Source: Thermoplasmata archaeon (GTDB taxonomy: Archaea; Thermoplasmatota; Thermoplasmata; Lutacidiplasmatales; UBA184). Taken from it: DNA of 59,970 bases. How positions within the stretch are numbered: the stretch's first letter is position 1; each line of letters begins with the position of its first letter. The notes below the pieces were generated by a model, which did not search any database, was not told where the DNA came from, and saw only the letters and a list, made by a program, of their open reading frames with translations. Of this stretch, positions 55,093 through 59,970 are shown in pieces. The stretch spans positions 1 through 59,970 of the forward strand of contig JAGWLG010000021.1 of assembly GCA_028864975.1 (NCBI GenBank), written 5' to 3'. A program made the position numbers and the translations under genes.

Positions 55093-57210
55093 GTGGGCGA
55101 CGCGCTTGGGGTGATGCCAGAAATCGCCGCGAAACGGGGTCCAAGGCAGCGAGCCCTCCGCCTTGGACCCCCGGTTCGTGGAGTCGGTGTCCGATTGACG
55201 TACACACGGAAACAGGCCATTTCACCCGGACTGGTGATTCTCCTCAACCTCTCAGCCGTCCTCTGCTTTCCGCTGGCCGGTGCCACGACATCAGAGAGCC
55301 TGCGGATGGGGCAGACGCTCGTTCTCGTGGGAGGGATTGATACGAACCTCTCCATTGCGGCCCCCACGATTCCCGGCTTTCAGTTGAGAGCAGCATCGCT
55401 CCAACTTCAGACTCCCGAGGCATTCCAGCCGGGGCCTGGGGGAATAACAATCGGGACCAGTGGGGCATCGATTTGGCGATGGCCATCCACGGCGGGCGAG
55501 GTCACTTCGTTTGCCGGCAGCAGCCAGATCATCGCGGGCAACAACTCGACAGTCTCAAGGATACTTATTCCGCAAGGGTCCTCCATCTATGGAGGGGCGG
55601 TATCCGTTGCACCGTCGGCCGGCCCACTGTCCGGGAACTACAGCGTCCTGTTCACAGTCGGCTCGAACCCCGTTCTCTCGATCAACGGAAGACAGGACTA
55701 TCTTCCCCTCGTGCCCATCCCTAGCGCGGTGACCGCGAGCACCATCACTTCTCTCGGCGCGGCCCCAGAACCTAACGGGTCCACGATGATCGCCGCCGGC
55801 ACTGAAGACGGGTCTCTTCGTTTCTTCGATTTCGCCCCCGATGAGGGGTTGGTTTATTCGGGGACCTTCCCGCTGGGCTACTCGAGCCCAGTCACGCAAA
55901 CGCTCGCATCCTCGCTCCCCTATTCGGCGTACTCGGTCTCCCTGATTTCTGCGAGCGGGCCCTTGTTGTTCGTGCTCAATCAGACTCGAACCGGTGTCTG
56001 GGTGGAGGAAACGATCAAAGTCGCGCAGGATCTCACCACAGCCCCCGCGGTCACCGGGCTTGACATTGCGCGATTCTCGAACGGATTCCCTGCCCTAATC
56101 GCTGGAACTGCGGACGGAACCCTCGAGGTAAGCAACTACACCGGTACTGGGGCGGCTGGCGGCTGGGGAAGCATTCTGGCTCCGCTCTTCAACTTCGGGA
56201 AGTCGTGCTCGGTCCCTGTTTCTACCTTTCAGGAGGCTAACGGTGACAATCTTCTGGCAGCTGGGTGCGGATCGAACATCGACGTCTTCTCGCTCTCGGG
56301 GGCGAACTTTACCCACGTAGCCTCGCTCGTCCTGCCCCCGGGGGTCGATGCTCGGAGCATGTCCTTCAACGACTCCGGTACCCTTCTGATCGTGGGCTCG
56401 TCCACCGGCGCAGTGTTTGACTCTGGTTGGCCTTGGAAAAGTTGGAACCAAGCTCAGGGATTACCGTTATCGAACTCGGGGGTTGTTGGCATCCTTGCCT
56501 TGCCTCAGTCGGGCGGAACAACCCGGGCGGTGTTCGAGACCTCGGATGGCGCTTTGTACGAGGTCACTGATGTCTCTGACGGCTCGCGGCCGGTGGGACT
56601 CGGGTCAGCGGGCTCTAGCGTGGCACCCGGAACGATTCGCCTGGCAAGCGTGTTCGGGTACTCGGGTGGTGACCTGCTCGTTGCGAGTGGTCTCCAAATC
56701 GAGGGGGCACGTTCCACCGCTCGATTCCAAGGCACCGTTCTCGGCGCCTCCTGGTCCAGTGCCCTCTCGAACTCCCTCGTTGGGTCCGCCCCGGTCTTCG
56801 ACGCGTTCGGGAACAAGCTGGTCCCCGTGCCGATTACTTTGACGGTTCAAGGTGGATCCGGTCTCGTGTCGAATCCGATGGTGGAGTACAACGACACTTG
56901 GTCCACAAATCTTAGTGCACAGGAGTTCCCTGGCACAATGCCGCTCCCCTCCCCCAACCTTCGAGCCCTAAACCTGTCAATCCTCGCTCTCCAGGGGGGG
57001 CTCCTCCATATATCGGTGCTGTTCGACTATGGTGGAAGCCCACCCCCATCCGGAGCTCCAGCGGTCTTGCTCGCTGTGGAAGCCCAGCTCTCACGCTTCG
57101 GGCCCTATGTGGTTGGCATCGCGGGGGTGGCCGGTGGAGCGCTGCTAGCGGTTGGGAAGCTTCGGTATGGGCATGGCCCCAGGGGCAGATCCCGCGCTCT
57201 CCAGAGGTAG
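55093..57210 (+). CDS. Membrane-anchored secreted protein with a beta-propeller-like core
   Basis: N-terminal hydrophobic segment, WD-like blades (IAAGTEDGSLRFFDF, LIAGTADGTLEV, LIVGSSTGAVF), C-terminal TM followed by basic residues. Start may be ATG 55114. Confidence 0.65.
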   Translation: MGDALGVMPEIAAKRGPRQRALRLGPPVRGVGVRLTYTRKQAISPGLVILLNLSAVLCFPLAGATTSESLRMGQTLVLVGGIDTNLSIAAPTIPGFQLRAASLQLQTPEAFQPGPGGITIGTSGASIWRWPSTAGEVTSFAGSSQIIAGNNSTVSRILIPQGSSIYGGAVSVAPSAGPLSGNYSVLFTVGSNPVLSINGRQDYLPLVPIPSAVTASTITSLGAAPEPNGSTMIAAGTEDGSLRFFDFAPDEGLVYSGTFPLGYSSPVTQTLASSLPYSAYSVSLISASGPLLFVLNQTRTGVWVEETIKVAQDLTTAPAVTGLDIARFSNGFPALIAGTADGTLEVSNYTGTGAAGGWGSILAPLFNFGKSCSVPVSTFQEANGDNLLAAGCGSNIDVFSLSGANFTHVASLVLPPGVDARSMSFNDSGTLLIVGSSTGAVFDSGWPWKSWNQAQGLPLSNSGVVGILALPQSGGTTRAVFETSDGALYEVTDVSDGSRPVGLGSAGSSVAPGTIRLASVFGYSGGDLLVASGLQIEGARSTARFQGTVLGASWSSALSNSLVGSAPVFDAFGNKLVPVPITLTVQGGSGLVSNPMVEYNDTWSTNLSAQEFPGTMPLPSPNLRALNLSILALQGGLLHISVLFDYGGSPPPSGAPAVLLAVEAQLSRFGPYVVGIAGVAGGALLAVGKLRYGHGPRGRSRALQR

Positions 57211-57226
57211 GCATCAAGGAGGGACC

Positions 57227-58135
57227 GTGCAGGGACGACTCCCACCTGTGAGTGCCTCACGACATGAAGTGGCGGAACAAGCCCCGGGACTTGCGGTCTT
57301 GTCCCTTGCGACCCCAGGTCAATCATTTCCAGGGGTAGGGTCCCGGTCCCGCGAGCTCGATGGGCACTGGATTCGGGGCGGAGGTGGACGGGTTCCCCGC
57401 TTGCGTAGACGCCTAAACCGTGCCCACGCCCTCCTTCTCCTCGGTTCGGCGATTGGTATCGCTTCGGGTACTGTCTTCGGAAGCTTCATGTCCACGATTT
57501 CCACAAGCGGTGCCCCCACCGCTGGGATGTTGTGTGGCTTCGAGCAAGGCCCCTTCTGGAATCAAGTAGTGGCTGGTTCGGGCGTCCCGACTGGCACCCC
57601 ATACATCTCGACCTCCACTCTGCAGGCGTACCAAGTGGGTCCGGTGGCTCCAACGGCCTCGATTACCGCGTACGCCTATGGAGCAGGCAGTGGAACGCAG
57701 GAATATCTCGTTGGCGAGGTCTCCCTCTTCTGCACGGCCTTGCCAGCCGGAACGACCGTGGTAACCCTAACCGTTACTAATACAGCTCCCGGAGCCACCG
57801 CGACCTACGCGGTCGTCTTCTCTCAGACGCTGGCCTCGGCAAGCACTGATCCCACGACGGGAACCGCCTGCGCCGGATCCAGTCCCAACCAGCTTTACGA
57901 GCCCGCAGGCGGAGGCACTGTCTGGGCATGGGACGCGGTCTCCTCTGGGCTCATCACTGGCGGCGCCTGCTCATTGGGTAGCGGAGCAATTACTAAGTCC
58001 GTCAGCACTGCAAGCACGACGGTTCCCGTCTTCACGTTCTCCTTCGGATTCGTAGGCATGCAGGCCTCGAGTTGCCTCTCTTCCTGTTCGACCTACACGA
58101 CCTACACAATCTCGTTCACGGCGCACAACCCATAG
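57227..58135 (+). CDS. Secreted pilin-like subunit candidate, paralogue of 54232..55092
   Basis: GGAGG SD before GTG 57227; RRR plus h-region ending in G; shares CGF..G and EYL.GEV...C motifs; terminal strand YTISFTA. Confidence 0.6.
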   Translation: MQGRLPPVSASRHEVAEQAPGLAVLSLATPGQSFPGVGSRSRELDGHWIRGGGGRVPRLRRRLNRAHALLLLGSAIGIASGTVFGSFMSTISTSGAPTAGMLCGFEQGPFWNQVVAGSGVPTGTPYISTSTLQAYQVGPVAPTASITAYAYGAGSGTQEYLVGEVSLFCTALPAGTTVVTLTVTNTAPGATATYAVVFSQTLASASTDPTTGTACAGSSPNQLYEPAGGGTVWAWDAVSSGLITGGACSLGSGAITKSVSTASTTVPVFTFSFGFVGMQASSCLSSCSTYTTYTISFTAHNP

Positions 58136-58387
58136 ACGTTGGTGCAGGACGTCCCCCAGGATGAGAACCCCACCAGTTGCACACCAAGCTCTATCCCCCG
58201 GGAGGACCATTCTACGAGGTGGGCCTGTGAGGGAACTGTCCCACTACGAAACGGCAGACTTCGCCCCACTCCCACCCGTCGAGTGGGCGGGTGGAACGGA
58301 TGTTCCACCTGCTTCGAGCTCGACCCCTACAATGGCACGGGCGAATCGAGGCGATGACACTCCGACTCTGTGAGGCTACTAGAGGCG

Positions 58388-59650
58388 ATGAAGCGAATCC
58401 GACTACCTCCGATCCGGGTCACCATCACGGCGCCCAAGAGGGTATCATGGGCCCATGTCCTGATCGCAGTGTCCGTCGTTGCAACCGGAGTCGCCGCTGG
58501 TTCGTCCTTCCTGCAAGCGACAGGGAGCCTGACCGTGAATACAATTTGGCAGCACACACCCATTACCTGGAGTGAGGTCGACACGGAGACCGGATGGTGC
58601 AGCACGTGCCCTACGGCCGCTCAGTCAACGGAGACGTGGGTCAGTTGGGACGTGTCAGATCAGTATCTCCTCCTGCAAGTGAACGCGGCGTCGTCAGCCA
58701 CCTACAAGCTCTCGCTGACCTCGAGTTATAGCTATCCCGTGCTCACATTCTTGGGATACACTAGCGCCAACTGCGGGACAACTTGTCCTCCCGCACAAAC
58801 GGTACCGGGGGGAGCGATGGGCAATTTCTGGGGGCCGGTTGCCTACAACCGTGGCCCGACAGTCTATACCTTCGGAGGAGAGGATCTATTCATGGATGGC
58901 GGCACGAACCACTACCAATGTGGCTTCAGTCACGCTGATGGACTGGCCAACGTTCTGAAAGATTGGCGGTGCCCATTTACTGCGGATTTCACGAACCCCG
59001 CCGGTGCGGCCCAGATGGGGTTCTGGCCGCTGTACCCCGGAGGGAGCAGCTACCCGGCAGACTTGGGCCTATTCTTCGACAACAAGGGAGTCTTCGTCAC
59101 GACTGCAACCGAGTACTTCGCCACTGTCGTGATGACCCTCACCTGCCAGAATCCCTCAGGAACAGTCATCACATGTCCTACGGATTTGGTCCCGTCGAGC
59201 GGCACCCAAGCTGGACAGGCGCTTGTTTGGGATCCGGCCGATGGCTACGATCTCTTGTACGATACTGCGGGTTACGCGTGGCAGGTGACCTTGACCTCAG
59301 CTTCGGCGGTGACCGCAAAACAGGTTGCGACAACCGTAGCACCCCCAGGGGCACTGTTCGGGGCGTCGATTGCGTACGACGCAGCTTGCGGCTATGTGGT
59401 CATGTTCGGCGGCAGCAACAGCGCGACGATATCTGGCACAAGCCTCAACTCGAACACTTGGAAGTATCACGCCGGGACTTTCACACAGCTTTACCCGGTG
59501 TCCTCCCCCACAGCACGCGCCTACGCGGGGATGGATTACGACTACGCGGACGGAGAACTCTTCATAGACGGGGGAACTATATGGTCTGGTTCCGCTGTCG
59601 GCACCACCACCGCCTACACACTTTCCGCGTCAGTCGGTGGGTGCCCCTGA
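58388..59650 (+). CDS. Secreted protein with pilin-like leader and C-terminal Kelch-like blades (tip adhesin candidate)
   Basis: Same leader type (AHVLIAVSVVATGVAAG); C-terminal ALVWDPADG, SIAYDAACGYVVMFGG, PTARAYAGMDYD...LFIDGG; GAGG before ATG 58388. Confidence 0.65.
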   Translation: MKRIRLPPIRVTITAPKRVSWAHVLIAVSVVATGVAAGSSFLQATGSLTVNTIWQHTPITWSEVDTETGWCSTCPTAAQSTETWVSWDVSDQYLLLQVNAASSATYKLSLTSSYSYPVLTFLGYTSANCGTTCPPAQTVPGGAMGNFWGPVAYNRGPTVYTFGGEDLFMDGGTNHYQCGFSHADGLANVLKDWRCPFTADFTNPAGAAQMGFWPLYPGGSSYPADLGLFFDNKGVFVTTATEYFATVVMTLTCQNPSGTVITCPTDLVPSSGTQAGQALVWDPADGYDLLYDTAGYAWQVTLTSASAVTAKQVATTVAPPGALFGASIAYDAACGYVVMFGGSNSATISGTSLNSNTWKYHAGTFTQLYPVSSPTARAYAGMDYDYADGELFIDGGTIWSGSAVGTTTAYTLSASVGGCP

Positions 59651-59970
59651 ACTTGGCCGCAATAGGGCTTGCGTCGCGTGGCGTCTCCGAATCCGACCAT
59701 CCTAGCCAACTGTATTCGGCAAACCGGGTTCCGCTTCGGGAGAGGGTCTCCCGATGCGGCGTATCTCCCGTGAGGTGTACACAATCGTACAAAAGTCATC
59801 ACTTTTCGTCGCGGATTCTCAGCACCCCTCTCCAGGGGTATGACCTTGGTTCCTCACCTCCTGTAGATTCCTGAACTCGACCTGGACAGCAAGGGTGATC
59901 CTCCGAGGAGAACCTCAGACCACACGTACGCCGGGGACCTGGACTTCTCGAGGAAGACCTTTCACTCCAC

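Noticed and set aside
54232-59650. Type IV pilin or archaellin call for the terminal cluster
   Set aside because: The hydrophobic segment lies before the putative cleavage site rather than after it, so there is no class III signal, and no assembly ATPase is nearby.

Overview
High-GC archaeal DNA, most consistent with Thermoplasmata (inference from aRF1, archaeal NAC, PAC2, archaeal AAA-ATPase and TATA-type leaderless promoters). 1-23 kb is a housekeeping/accessory mix: OB-fold SSB, NUDIX hydrolase, NAC, a CBS-HPF hibernation-factor-like gene, RimI-like acetyltransferase, PAC2, a GYD protein plus a decayed copy, two toxin-antitoxin pairs, two large membrane-anchored surface proteins, a protein with 15 exact-period HxH heptads, and a class-1 release factor. 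23-45 kb is a single 7338-codon surface protein built from about 70 Cys-pair Ig-like repeats. 45-54 kb is a defence/mobile island (HEPN-MNT, AbiE-like pair, degenerate IS1634-like transposase, orphan antitoxin, IS1 remnant, AAA ATPase, MntA-HepT). 54-60 kb is a lower-GC four-gene cluster resembling a non-type-IV (TasA/AbpA-like) pilus locus. The most striking observation: the release-factor gene has an SD-preceded ATG at 22878 followed by an in-frame TGA at codon 14 (22837-22839), and the conserved first helix begins before any downstream start codon. This suggests stop-codon-readthrough autoregulation of archaeal RF1. All calls are from visual motif recognition; no searches were run.
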